Of a DNA stretch of 34,371 bases, positions 33,187-34,371 are shown one piece after another. Position numbers and translations under genes: made by a program. The notes beneath the pieces are model-generated. The model was not told the DNA's origin. It worked only from the letters and a program-made list of their open reading frames with translations, and did no database searches. The stretch spans positions 1-34,371 of the forward strand of contig NW_021831706.1 of NCBI RefSeq assembly GCF_006345805.1, written 5' to 3'. The first letter of the stretch is position 1. Each line of letters begins with the position of its first letter. This DNA is from Octopus sinensis. Taxonomy: Eukaryota.

Positions 33187-33274
33187 TTTCGGCTGACGAG
33201 TACGAGCCATCTGTATTCACTGCATTTTTTGTAGCTTATTAAAGATGTCCTCGTACGAAACGATCGTACCGAGA
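33187..33274 (+). ncRNA. Canonical type I hammerhead ribozyme
   Basis: Stem I UUUCGG/CCGAGA; CUGACGA 33193-33199; stem II GUACGAG/CUCGUAC with 43-nt loop; GAAA 33257-33260; palindromic stem III ACGAUCGU; GUA triplet. Predicted cut at 33268|33269. Confidence 0.92.
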
Positions 33275-33300
33275 TTTTAATCCATTCTTGTTGCTTTTTT

Positions 33301-33334
<34 letters not shown>

Positions 33335-33444
33335 TATAGATTATATATAATACATATATACACACACACACATACATAGATACATGCATACATACATACA
33401 TTACACACATATACATAATATATATATATATATATATAATATAT

Positions 33445-33479
<35 letters not shown>

Positions 33480-33983
33480 GATATATGATATATAGTGGCT
33501 GGAAGCTCATACGTAGACGAGTACAACCATCGCTAACAAATTATCTTATCCCAGATGTTAAAGTCAATAAAAACTTGCACAACAATGCTTATGACTCATA
33601 TAGAAAGTCTTGCTCGTTTCGCAATGAGGTGGGTGTTATTTGGGAATTTCTTCCTCCCAGTGAGATGTCTAAACAGAGAATAGGGATCTCTCATTCCCAG
33701 CTGTTGGATGGCCTGTAACTACTGACTTCATCCGTCCCAGGTATTATCTTTCATGCTACAAGGGTGTCCGACGAAAGCAATCCTCCTTACCAAGCAGAGA
33801 TGCCAGCCTAGTTGTTGCTGACGGTCCGATCGTACGACACGATGTACTTGGTTACACGTTAGGGGTTACACTAAGAGTAGAATATTATACATATATATAT
33901 ATATATATATACATACATACAGATATATATATATATATATACACATACATACATATATATTATTATATATATTTGTATGTACG

Positions 33984-34015
<32 letters not shown>

Positions 34016-34020
34016 ATATA

Positions 34021-34064
<44 letters not shown>

Positions 34065-34371
34065 TATATAGTTAATTAAAAATCAGAGAAAAAGATAACA
34101 AAGAAACGTATGAATGTGGCACAAGCAATGTACGTATGTGATGTATATACAGCATACATACACAAAAAGTGACATACACACACAGTATATGTCGTTGCAG
34201 CGTGCATACAAACATGCAAATAACTTTTTAAAAGAAAAGAATCACAAGAATGACTAAGTGTACTTTTAATTTTAACACTTCAAATACAAAACATAATCTA
34301 TGCTGAAAACAGAAAAGGATAGATACCACACACACACACACACACACACATACACACACATATGAATTTTT

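Larger units (their letters stand above)
30208..33302 (+). mobile_element. 5'-truncated Penelope-like retroelement inserted in (TA)n
   Basis: Unique 3.1 kb bounded by (TA)n both sides, containing RT thumb and GIY-YIG coding sequence, a 1.3-kb 3' region and a terminal hammerhead. No RT catalytic core is present. Confidence 0.9.

Overview
AT-rich, microsatellite-saturated animal DNA with no confidently identifiable host gene. The SINE set and repeat density suggest a cephalopod, most likely Octopus (inference from recalled repeat families, not searched). Almost all ORFs in the track are microsatellite artefacts. Real content: three interspersed non-autonomous repeat families (two tRNA-head SINEs called A and C here, and an (AAT)n-embedded family B), LINE fragments (RTE, L1/Tx1, CR1/L2, R4/Dong-type RLE), a non-autonomous Helitron, MITE-like foldbacks, and Penelope-like elements (PLEs). 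The best-preserved element is a 5'-truncated PLE (about 30208-33302). It has an open GIY-YIG endonuclease frame, a long Asn-rich linker, and a fully canonical hammerhead ribozyme (33187-33274). A separate palindrome (6126-6544) carries two divergent, mutated hammerheads. Several families show distinct target-site preferences: (TA)n, (AAT)n, (GATA)n, and a GGTATT motif inside SINE C's own head. PLE-associated hammerheads are a known class; only the specific architectures here may be new.
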